This document shows positions 25,341-37,100 of a stretch of 64,000 nucleotides of DNA, piece after piece. Every line of letters starts with the position of its first letter. Positions within the stretch are counted from its first letter, which is position 1. A model generated the notes under the pieces. It ran no database searches. It was given only the letters and a program-made list of their open reading frames with translations, and was not told where the DNA came from. Origin of the DNA: Macrostomum lignano (taxonomy: Eukaryota); assembly GCA_002269645.1 (NCBI GenBank), contig NIVC01000514.1, positions 186,001-250,000 on the forward strand. Reading direction: 5' to 3'. A program made the translations under genes and the position numbers.

Positions 25341-25804
25341 CTACTGCAGAGCACAGAGGTATGTGAACCCTGTTTAGGAGATTTAATCCTCTCATATTTT
25401 AAACATAAAGCGAACTATTAGCATGCTGGCTGGTTACTCTCCACTCCAGATCGCTTATTCTAGCAGTCCCTGGCGCCACCCCCGAAGGGTTTCTAACTTG
25501 ATCTCCGAGTCGCAGCCAACCCCACCGCAGTGGCAGCTGCAGAGGCTGTTAAGTGACTCGCCTCGGCGCGTCATCTGCATGTTTTCTTGGCCCGCCTTGT
25601 CTGCCTGGCCGCAATTATCGCTGCTGCAACAATTATGAGGCGAAAGTTTCTGCTTAAAGATGAAGATTACTTGTGTTTTTGAGTACAGAAAAGCTGCTAA
25701 GTGATGCTGCTTGACGCGACCACCTTGGAGGCCTCGAGCTGTGTGGCCCGGGTGAAGGCAGCGACTCCGGGCACAGAGCCAGCTGGTGGCTCCCGCTGGG
25801 TGCC

Positions 25805-27412
25805 TAAGTGAAGCCGGGAGTGACAGGGGAATCTGGGAGTGACAGGGGAATCTGGGAGTGACAGGGGAATCTGGGAGTGACAGGGTAATTTGGGAGTGAC
25901 AGGGGAATCTGGGAGTGACAGGGGAATCTGGGAGTGACAGGGGAATTTGGGAGTGACAGGGGAATCTGGGAGTGACAGGGGAATCTGGGAGTGACAGGGG
26001 AATCTGGGAGTGACAGGGGAATCTGGGAGTGACAGGGGAATCTGGGAGTGACAGGGGAATTTGGGAGTGACAGGGGAATTCGGGAGTGACAGGGGAATTT
26101 GGGAGTGACAGGAGAATCTAGAGGTGACAGGGGAATCTAGGAGTGACAGGGGAATTTGGGAGTGACAGGGGAATCTAGGAGTGACAGGGGAATCTGGGAG
26201 TGACAGAGGGATCTGGGAGTGACAGGGGAAATGGGGAGTGACAGGGGAATTTAGGAGTGACAGGGGAATCTGGAAGTGACAGAGGGATCTGGAAGTGACA
26301 GAGGGATCTGGGAGTGACAGGGGAAATGGGGAGTGACAGGGGAATCTGGGAGTGACAGGGGATCTAGGAGTGACAGGGGAATCTAGAAGTGACAGAGGGA
26401 TCCGGGCGTGACAGGGGAACTGGGGAGTGACAGGGCAGTCGGGAGTGACAGGGCAGTCCGGGAGTGACAGGGCAGTCGGGAGTGACAGGGCAGTCCGGGC
26501 GTGACAGGGGAACTGGGGAGTGACAGGGGAACTGGGGAGTGACAGGGCAGTCGAGAGTGACAGGGCAGTCGGGAGTGACAGGGCAGTTGAGAGTGACAGG
26601 GCAGTCGGGAGTGACAGGGCAGTCGGGAGTGACAGGGCAGTCCGGGAGTGACAGGGCAGTCGGGAGTGACAGGGCAGTCGGGAGTGACAGGGCAGTCGGG
26701 AGTGACAGGGCAGTCGGGAGTGACAGGGCAGTCCGGGAGTGACAGGGCAGTCGGGAGTGACAGGGCAGTCGGGAGTGATAAGGCAGTCCGGGAGTGACAG
26801 GGCAGTCCGGGAGTGACAGGGCAGTCGGGAGTGACAGGGCAGTCGGGAGTGACAGGGCAGTCCGGGAGTGACAGGGCAGTCCAGGAGTGACAGGGCAGTC
26901 CGGGAGTGACAGGGCAGTCCGGGAGTGACAGGGCAGTCGGGAGTGACAGGGCAGTCCGGGAGTGACAGGGCAGTCGGGAGTGACAGGGCAGTCCGGGAGT
27001 GACAGGGCAGTCGGGAGTGACAGGGCAGTCCGGGCGTGACAGGGGAACTGGGGAGTGACAGGGGAACTGGGGAGTGACAGGGCAGTCGAGAGTGACAGGG
27101 CAGTCGGGAGTGACAGGGCAGTCGGGAGTGACAGGGCAGTCGAGAGTGACAGGGCAGTTGAGAGTGACAGGGCAGTCGGGAGTGACAGGGCAGTCGGGAG
27201 TGACAGGGCAGTCGGGAGTGACAGGGCAGTCCGGGAGTGACAGGGCAGTCGGGAGTGACAGGGCAGTCGGGAGTGATAAGGCAGTCCGGGAGTGACAGGG
27301 CAGTCCGGGAGTGACAGGGCAGTCGGGAGTGACAGGGCAGTCCGGGAGTGACAGGGCAGTCCGGGAGTGACAGGGCAGTCCGGGAGTGACAGGGCAGTCC
27401 GGGAGTGACAGG
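25805..27412. repeat. 18/19-bp composite minisatellite (GGGAGTGACAGGGGAATCT changing to GGGAGTGACAGGGCAGTC[C])
   Basis: Two related unit types in adjacent blocks. Confidence 0.95.
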
Positions 27413-27567
27413 GAAAGCAGTGGGAAAGACAGAGGCTCGGGCCAAACTCAATTGGCGAACACCAGAGGGCTGAGAGGCCCGCAGCGGCCCTCGTGCTGGC
27501 TGACTTGCGTAGGCAACGCGTGGCTGCCTTGCCATGCAGTTGAATCGGGAAGCGAACCCGCGCATCC

Positions 27568-27581
27568 GTTGCCATAGAAAC
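27568..27581. promoter_or_regulatory. Candidate RFX X-box (GTTGCCATAGAAAC)
   Basis: Close match to the X-box consensus GTTGCCATGGCAAC, in unique GC-rich DNA between divergent genes. Confidence 0.5.
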
Positions 27582-28133
27582 GGATGGCTGATCCGGCGAG
27601 TTTGACTGACAGCTCCTCAGCCGTGCTTTGTTCATTTGCTGGCTTGCTTTTTTCTGCTTTTACGACACAGCACGCAGAGACCGGATCGGCTTCCGCAAGC
27701 AAAACTGCAAGGAAGCCGGACAATGCAGCTTTTCGTCTCGGCCGGCTGCTGCGCCATTGCGCGGCAACCGCTGTTCTTTGCATGGGTGGCTGAGCTGCTG
27801 TTTGAGGCTGAGCAGCAGCTCAACTCTGCACTCGCTACTTTATTATTCCCTATCCCAATTCGCAAGCAAAATTTGCTGATTTTGTCCTTTGTTATTTTGC
27901 ACTCGAAGCTCGGGGCTGCCCACCCCGGGGCCGCTGCGGGCCGGCCGTTTTCGCACGCGTCCCGGGCGGGCCGCCACCTGCCGGGCTCCCCGGCTCCAGG
28001 CCGCTTATCGGGCCGGCCTGGCCGCCAGCCCACTGCCTATTTCAGCCCCGCGCCCCGACCGCTCGGCAACCGGCAAGACCCTCTGCGCCAGACATTGTCT
28101 TCGATTCCCTGGCTAATCCGCTGCTAATCCGCC

Positions 28134-31100
28134 ATGCAGACGCTGCTGAGCCTCGCCATCGCCCTCCTCGGCTGTCTCGCCGCCGGCGCCGCGGCCCAGA
28201 ATCCCTGCTGCGGACCGCGCCAGTTCCAGGCGCTGCTGGCCATCCGATTCAGCCCGAATAGCACCTACAGAGAAGTGAGCGGCCGGGGACCGCTGGTAGT
28301 GCATGGACCGCTGGTAGTGCATGGACCGCTGGTAGTGCATGCACCGCTGGTAGTGCATGGACCGCTGGTAGTGCATGGACCGCTAGTACTGCATGGACCG
28401 CTGGTAGTGCATGCACCGCTGGTAGTGCATGGACCGCTGGTAGTGCATGGACCGCTGGTAGTGCATGCACCGCTGGTAGTGCATGGACCGCTGGTAGTGC
28501 ATGCACCGCTGGTAGTGCATGGACCGCTAGTAGTGCATGGATCCTTTTAGTCTAATCAGCCGGCCCTTGTTGTCCATGAAATGCTATAGTGGTGCAGGGA
28601 CTCCTAGTACGAGCGAGTACAGGGACCGCTAGTACTGCTATTTCACTAGTGCCGCTAGTGACTGCTAGTATTTCATGGACCTCTAAGAGTCCAGGGACCC
28701 CTAGTTTACACATACAGTTCTTACCAGTAAACCAACTCAACATTGCTACGCACGCTACTACTCATCTCACGGCTGCTCTGCTGCTCATTCCTCAGGCCTT
28801 CTCCAACCTGGCGTTCGACTTCACCCGCCAGATGGTGGCCAGCAACGAGACGCTGATTGGCGGCCGCCTGGTGACTAACCAGCGCGTGCTGGTTGACGGC
28901 CACAGGCGTACGATGTACATCGTGGACCACCGCAGCCGCGAATGCCGCATCGTCGCCCTGACGCGCGGAGTTGAGGCGCCCTGCGTGCCCAGTGAGACTT
29001 GGAAATCGAATGCACTGCTGATTTCAGACTACTATTAGTAGCTTCGAGCTATTTGGCCCTTTTGATTCCAAAAAAGAATCCCAATTTGCCTCGCCGATTC
29101 GCCTTTTTCAGACAATTTCCGCGGCGAGGGCACCCTTCACTTCGGGGCCGGCAGGGACCTCCTCAGCTTCAACAGCTTCCGCGGCCGAGTGGGCGAGTTC
29201 GAGGCTCAAGTGTCCGTCACCAAGGCCTCTTGCGTGCCCATCTCACAGTCCGTCTTCAACCACCGTGAGTCTGTCAGCAGTGTAGGGGAGTCTGTCAGCA
29301 GTGTGGGGGAGTCTGTCAGCAGTGTGGGGGAGTCTGTCAGCAGTGTAGGGGAGTCTGTCAGCAGTGTAGGGGAGTCTGTCAGCAGTGTGGGGAGTCTGTC
29401 AGCAGTGTGGGGAGTCTGTCAGCAGTGTAGGGGAGTCTGTCAGCAGGGTAGGGGAGTCTGTCAGCAGTGTAGGGGAGTCTGTCAGCAGTGTAGGGAGTCT
29501 GTCAGCAGTGTGTCGAGTCTGTCAGCAGTGTGGGGGAGTCTGTCAGCAGTGTGGGGAGTCTGTCAGCAGTGTGGGGGAGTCTGTCAGCAGTGTGGGGAGT
29601 CTGTCAGCAGTGTAGGGGAGTCTGTCAGCAGTGTGGGGAGTCTGTCAGCAGTGTGGGGGAGTCTGTCAGCAGTGTAGGGGAGTCTGTCAGCAGTGTGGGG
29701 AGTCTGTCAGCAGTGTAGGGGAGTCTGTCAGCAGTGTGTCGAGTCTGTCAGCAGTGTGGGGGAGTCTGTCAGCAGTGTAGGGGAGTCTGTCAGCAGTGTG
29801 GGGAGTCTGTCAGCAGTGTGGGGGAGTCTGTCAGCAGTGTGTCGAGTCTGTCAGCAGTGTGGGGGAGTCTGTCAGCAGTGTAGGGGAGTCTGTCAGCAGG
29901 GTAGGGGAGTCTGTCAGCAGTGTGGGGGAGTCTGTCAGCAGTGTAGGGAGTCTGTCAGCAGTGTGTCGAGTCTGTCAGCAGTGTGGGGGAGTCTGTCAGT
30001 AGCGTAGGGGAGTCTGTCAGCAGTGTGTCGAGTCCGTCAGCAGTGTAGGGGAGTCTGTCAGCAGTGTAGGGGAGTCTGTCAGCAGTGTTTTAAGTCTGTC
30101 AGCAGTGTTTTAAGTCTGTCAGCAGTGTTTTGAGTCTGTCAGCAGTGTTTTGAGTCTGTCAGCAGTGTTTTGAGTCTGTCAGCAGTGTGTTAAGTCTGTC
30201 AGCAGTGTGGGGAGTCTTGCAGTAGTGTAGGGGAGTCTGTCAGCAGTGTGTCGAGTCTGTCAGCAGTGTGGGGGAGTCTGTCAGCAGTGTAGGGGAGTCT
30301 GTCAGCAGGGTAGGGGAGTCTGTCAGCAGTGTGGGGGAGTCTGTCAGCAGTGTGGGGAGTCTGTCAGCAGTGTAGGGGAGTCTGTCAGCAGTGTGTCGAG
30401 TCTGTCAGCAGTGTGGGGGAGTCTGTCAGCAGTGTGTCGAGTCTGTCAGCAGTGTAGGGGAGTCTGTCAGCAGTGTAGGGGAGTCTGTCAGCAGTGTTTT
30501 AAGTCTGTCAGCAGTGTTTTAAGTCTGTCAGCAGTGTTTTGAGTCTGTCAGCAGTGTTTTGAGTCTGTCAGCAGTGTTTTGAGTCTGTCAGCAGTGTGTT
30601 AAGTCTGTCAGCAGTGTGGGGAGTCTTGCAGTAGTGTAGGGGAGTCTGTCAGCAGTGTGTCGAGTCTGTCAGCAGGGAAGGGGAGTCTGTCAGCAGTGTG
30701 TTGAGTCTGTCAGCAGGGAAGGGGAGTCTGTCAGCAGTGTGGGGAGTCTATCAGCAGTTTGTTAAGTCTGGCAGCAGTGTGTTGAGTCTGTCAGCAGTGT
30801 AGGGGAGTCTGTCAGCAGGGTAGGGGAGTCTGTCAGCAGTGTAGGGGAGTCTGTCAGCAGGGTAGGGGAGTCTGTCAGCAGGGTAGGGGAGTCTGTCAGC
30901 AGTGTGTTGAGTCTGTCAGCAGTGTGTTGAGTCTGTCAGCAGTGTGTTGAGTCTGTCAGCAGTGCAGGGGAGTCTGTCAGCAGTGTTTGGAGTCTGTCAG
31001 TAGTGTAGAGGAGTCTGTCAGCAGTGTGTTGAGTCTGTCAGCAGTGCAGGGGAGTCTGTCAGCAGTGTGTTGAGTCTGTCAGCAGTGTGTTGAGTCTGTC

Positions 31101-34100
31101 AGCAGTGTGTTGAGTCTGTCAGCAGTGTAGGGGAGTCTGTCAGCAGGGTAGGGGAGTCTGTCAGCAGTGTTTTGAGTCTGTCAGCAGTGTTTTGAGTCTG
31201 TCAGCAGTGTGGGGAGTCTGTCAGTAGTGTAGGGAGTCTGTCAGTAGTGTAGGGGAGTCTGTCAGCAGTGTGTTGAGTCTGTCAGCAGTGTGTTGAGTCT
31301 GTCAGCAGTGTGTTAAGTCTGTCAGCAGTGTGTTGAGTCTGTCAGCAGTGTGTTGAGTCTGTCAGCAGGGTAGGGGAGTCTGTCAGCAGTGTGTTGAGTC
31401 TGTCAGTAGATTATAAATAGGGTGCAGATGTTGGGCTGCGCCCTTCCAGTGTGTATGTACTCGTACTTTTGTTTTCAGTTTTCATGCCACCCCGCCCCGT
31501 CCCCCGTCTCGCGCCCGGGCCAGGGTTTGTGAGAGGCGTAAGTCTCAACCCTGGCCTAGCCCTTTGCACCCAGCCCCCGGCCCAATCTCTGTCCAATCTG
31601 GGTGCCCCCCCCCTCCCTCGTTGCCCGCCTCACCCTGGGGCTGCTCGTATTGGCTGGCTGGCTGATAAGCCGGCTGGGCCCCAGGGTTTGGCTCGCCGTC
31701 TCCAGTCTGCCCCACCCCTTCCCCCTTTTTTGTGTATTATTTAAATGCTAGCCCTGAGCGGGCTGCGCTCCACGTGGCTCTCTATTGGTGTCCGCTTCGT
31801 TCTTACTGTTTTTGCGTTCATCGGCGTACCTCTGCTTCGTGCCAATAAACGCTTCGTTAGTAACTCGATATATCAAGGAGAGGTGAGCTCGAGCTTTCGT
31901 TCTTCTGGGTTGCCGCGTGGGGCCGGGATCTGCAGGGACCTGGGGACGGTGAACTCTCGCCGATCCCAGGGTGTTCGGTCAGGCGAACTCTCGCCGAACC
32001 GAGCGAGACAGGGTAGGAATAGCCGGGGTGAGGGCTGGGACCGGGGTGTCTCAGGCGGGGAGGGCCCGAACCTTGACCCGTCCAGCGGCCATTAGGCCGA
32101 GACACAACAAGTGGTGCCGTGACCAGGATCAGCGGTCCTCTCCCCTGCTGTCCTGCCGTGTGTTTAGGGTTGTGTGTGTTGCCTAGTTTATTTGTGTGTT
32201 GTTTGCTTCGGTTGTCTCTGTGTTTTTGTAGCCATGGCCAATTTAGACGATCTGATTGACGCCCTGACGGCGCGTCTGCAAAACGAACTTAATGTGGCAC
32301 AGCGGGTGCCGAGGCCAAATAAGTACGTGCCCACACAGGACTTTGCCCTTTGGATGCAACAATTCACAGGGTATTGTGAGGCGGCTCATATTCTAGGGGA
32401 TCAGCGCAAGCAGGCGCTGCTCAGTCTGCTTGACTTTAATACTGCTTTTAAGGCTGTTGCGAATCTTGAGTTGGCCGATGATTTGCCGTATGATGAGTTT
32501 GTTGAGCAGCTAGAGGCTAGGTTTGATGAGAATAGGACTGCTCAAGATTACAAGACCGAGTTCCAGAGTAGGAATCAGAAAGATGGCGAGCCCATTGAAG
32601 AATATGCAGACGTGCTCAAGGAGCTTATGAGAAAATCGTACCCAATGCTGCCAGCGGCCCAGCGAGAAGAGTTGGTGAAAGACAGGTTTTTGAAGGGGAT
32701 TCGGGTGCCAGCCCGGGTGCTGGAGAGCGTGCTGCTGCAAGCGCCAGAGACGCTCCAGGACGCTATTAGGCGGGTGCGTCAAGTGAGGGCATCGTTGGCT
32801 CTGATGGAGCCCGAGGGCAAGCGAGCTGTGCACATGGTGGGGGTCAGGCCGCAGCGGCTGGCAACAGCCAGGAGTCCAGGGCAGCCGCCGAGATAGCAGC
32901 TCTGAAAGCGGAAGTGGCTCAGCTAAAAGCAAGTGCTGCAGCGCCCACTGCGCCGATGGCGACAGCAAGGTCTGAGCAGCCAAAAGTGAGCTTGCAGCAT
33001 CGAGCCCCTGAGCAGAGTCAGCAGCAGAGGCAGTGTGGTCGGTGCCTGCAGACAGGGCATACTACGGCTCGGTGCCGTAATGCAGTGGTCTGCCGGGAGT
33101 GTGGCCAGTCAGGGCACATGCGCAACCGCTGCTATCGTCGGTGGGACCAGTCGGGTTCGGGAAACGGATTGGGGGCTCGGCCGGGGCACCCGTCCGGGCC
33201 CCAGCGTCAGTGAATCCGGGTGCATCGGGGGCCGCGGCCTTGTCCCAGAGTGTGCTGAGTCGGCAGGGACTGGGCTATGTGGATGCACAGTTTAGGTTTG
33301 GGCCCCCGATTGCATGTCTGCTTGACAGCGGGGCCACCGTGTCGTTGTTAAGCAACCGTTTCCTGAAGTCTAAAAAAGCCGACATTGACTTATTGCCGAA
33401 TTTGCCGAATTTTTCCGTTTTCGCTGCCAATGGGGAACCGATTGCTGTACATGGAATGGTGACGATGAAGTTTTCTGTTGGGGACACCGAGTTTTTGCAC
33501 GAGTTCGCTGTGGTCGAGGAACTGGCTGTGGCATGTATTCTGGGCACTGACTTTTTCGTGAGACACGGGATGGCGATTGACTTTGCTAGGAATTGCTTGC
33601 AGACTGCATCCTGTGTGTATCCGTTTCGCTTATCAGCAGATAAGCCGCGTCTTTGCCGTCTGGTGCTGAGTCAGCCTGAGCAGTTCAATGCAGGTCAAGA
33701 GAAGGTGGTGCACGTCAGGTTGCAGAGAAGGGTTCCCTCTGGGGTTCAGTTCCTAGGCATTGTGGAGTCTGAGAGGAGAGTGAGTAACGAGCAGATGGTG
33801 GCCAGATCGGTACAGATGCCTGACGGGGACGGTCGCTTGGCTGTCAGGGTGTTGAACACGTCAGGATGCAGTCTGTCATTAAGGAAGGGAAGCCGAATTG
33901 GTTGGTTCTCCCCAGTGGCGGCCCAGCAGCCAGCTGGGTGGCAGGTGAACTCGGTGGAGAGTGTCCGAGACGACTGGAACCCCCTCAGCGATGTCAAGGA
34001 GTGGGGAGGATGTGGCCTGACGGGCGATGAGAAGCACGAGTTTGAGCGCCTGATGGCTCGGAATCGTGATGTCTTTGCCAGGGATAGCTCGGAGTTGGGA

Positions 34101-37100
34101 CAGTCACACTTGATGGCGCATGAGATTGACACCGGCAACGCCAAGCCAGTAAGTCAGCCCGCGCGTAGGATTCCACCGCGCTGGAAGGAGGAAATTGATA
34201 AGCAGGTTGATGAGTTGTTGCAGCAGGATCGCATCTATCCCTGCTACTCTCCGTGGGCGAGCCCGATCGTGCCGGTTAAAAAGGCCGACGGTAGCTTGAG
34301 GTTGTGTCTAGACTATCGGCGCCTTAACGAGGTCACAGTGCCAGATCCTTACCCACCGCCGCGGATGGACGAGACGCTTGATGCGCTAGGAGGGAACTGT
34401 GTTTTCTCGACGATGGATCTGGCCTCCGGCTATCATCAGTGCCCGATTGAGCCGAAGGACCAGTTGAAAACGGCGTTCGTGGTACCCAACAGGGGTCAGT
34501 TCGCCTGGAAGTGCATGAGTTTTGGCTTGCGCAATGCTCCCGCCACGTTCGCCAGGCTAATGTCTATGGCCCTGTCTGAGGTTAACTGGAAGGAGTGCCT
34601 GGTGTACTTTGACGATATAGTCGTGTTCGCCAAGTCGGTGGGTCAGCATCTCGAGCGATTGAAGCATGTTTTCCAGTGCCTGAGGGATGCCAATGTCAAG
34701 CTGAAGCCCGCCAAGTGTGTGTTCCTCGCAGAGCGGGTGAAGTTTCTGGGCCACATCGTCTCTCAGGAGGGGATCGCAACGGATCCGAGCAAGTGCGAGG
34801 AGATCCAGAATTGGCCGAGGCCATGTAGCGCCAAGAAGGTGCAGGCATTCCTGGGTACGTGCGCCTACTATCAGTCATTTATCCCGCAGTTTTCAGAGAT
34901 TGCAGCGCCGCTGTATAGGTTAACCGCAGACGGAGTGAAGTTTGAGTGGGGTAGTGAAGAGGAGAGCTCGTTTTGCAGGCTGAAAGACGCTTTGTGTTCA
35001 CCGAATGTGATGGCATTCCCGGATTTTTCGCCTGGTGCCGGGGAGTTCATCCTCGACACGGACGCCAGTTCGCGCGTCGGGCTGGGAGCCGTCCTGTCAC
35101 AGCGTCAAGCAGATGGCCGTGAGAAGGTGATCGCTTACGGGTCTAGGATGATTCATGCGGCGGAGAAAAATTATTGCACCACCAGGTTAGAGTTGCTTGC
35201 CGTCGTGCACTTCGTCAAAAAGTATAGGTACTATTTGTTAGGTAGAAAGTTCACTGTTCGTTCAGACCACAAAGCTTTGCAGTGGCTAGCCAGTCTGAAG
35301 GACGTAGAGGGTCAGTGCGCAAGGTGGCTTGAGTCGCTCCAGAACTTCGACTTTGAGATCATTCACAGGCCAGGCAAGGAGCACGGCAACGCTGATTCGC
35401 TGTCTCGCAAGTACCGAAAACACGCTGGCCATGAGAGCTGCCCTAGCTGCCAGTTTAGCGAGAATGTGCCAGTAGTGAACGCGGTGTTTGGCAGTGGGCT
35501 GTCTTCGAAGGAAGTCCAGCAGGCGCAAGTGGCCGAGAAGAAGCTTGCAGCTGTCCGCTCCTATGCCCTGGACCCGGGTTCGAACCCCAGTGCGCCTAGA
35601 GTGATGTCGTGGGAGGAGCGTGTGCTGTGGGCACAACGGCAGCTGATAAGAGTAGAGTCTGATCTGTTGTATTTTCAGAGTCCCGGGAGTGGGTGCCAGA
35701 AAAAGATCTTGCTGCCGCCGGCTTTGCTGCCGAAAGTGCTCAGTGAGCTTCATGATGGGGTTGCAGGAGGGCACCTTGGGGTTAGGAAGACACAAGAGAA
35801 AGTGAAGGCGAGATACTGGTGGCCGGGGCTGAGTCGTTCCGTGGAAGAGTATTGCCGGAGCTGTGTCCACTGTGCGAAGGCGAAGCCTGGGCGCAGCAAC
35901 CGGGCGCCTTTGCAGCCAATCTGCTCGGAAGGAGCTTTCCAGAGGATCATGAGTGACATTGTCGGGCCGTTGCCCAAGTCCAGAGGTGGCAATCGATTCG
36001 TGCTGACAATCCAGGATTCTTTTACTAAGTGGCCGGTGGCGGTGCCCTTGTCGAATCAGCGAGCCCCGACGGTGGCGCGAGCGATTTTTGATCACTGGAT
36101 TGCGCACTTTGGTTGTCCTGAATTTCTAGTCACCGATAAGGGCACCAATTTTGAGTCGGCTTTGATGAAGCAGTTGTGTCGGTTGCTTGCCGTTAAGAAA
36201 TGCAGAACGTCCTCCTATCACCCGATGGCTGATGGTCAGGCTGAGAGTTTCAATAAGACGTTGAAGTCAATGATCAAGTGCAGGATGAGTGAGTCGGTGG
36301 GCGAAGGAGACTGGGAGGATCTGATCCACCCGTCTCTCATGGCGTACCGTAGCAGCGTTCACAGAGGCACGGGGTACACCCCGTACTACATGCTGTACGC
36401 CAGGGAGATGCGGCTTCCAGTGGACATTGGAACCTTGCCTGAGTCCATTCCTGCCAGTGCTCCGGCGTATGTTCAGTCATTAGGTAATAGTCTGGCTGAG
36501 GCTCATTCGCAGGTGCGGACCAACCTGCAGCAGTACCAGAGGAAACAGAAAGTGCTGTACGACTCAAGGGTGCGAGGCCCGGCCATAGAAGTTGGGGATG
36601 CCGTCCTAGAATACTCGCCTGCGCTGCAGGCAGGGGAGGCAGCCAAGTTCCATTGCAATTGGAAGGGGCCGGCGAAGGTGTTAGAGAAGATATCCGATTT
36701 GAATTACCGGGTAAAGCACGCCAATAGGGGAAAGAGCAAAATAGTGCATTATAATAATTTGCGAAAAGTACCCGAGCGGCCTGAGCAGTTCAGGTTGATG
36801 AATAGGCATACGGCAGTGCAGCGCCGGTCGGCGCATCCGCCTGAGCCGGCAGGGTGCAGACAGGAGCCCGCGGGGCCGGCGACTAAGAGCCGGAACTTGA
36901 GGAGGAGGAGGAGTTTTACTCGTATGTGGTGCCACCAGTTGCCGTTGGGCCTCGGCATGGGATAGTAGGGCCGGGAACGCCAGTTGCGCCATGCGCACCG
37001 GTGGCTCCAGCGGCGCCAGCCGTGTCTCCGCGCAGACTGCGCGAGCGTCGGGGTGTGCCCCCAGCGTATTACGGGAATCCGGTATTGTATCGTTAATTCG

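Noticed and set aside
24798-25421. EGAPAT-repeat protein
   Set aside because: The frame changes within the 18-bp array; a donor at ~25359 is the only support.
25697-27635. 622-aa and 423-aa minus-strand ORFs
   Set aside because: Almost entirely minisatellite; the unique ends are unrecognisable.
31745-32095. 116-aa ORF in both LTRs
   Set aside because: Duplicated only because the LTRs are; no domain features.
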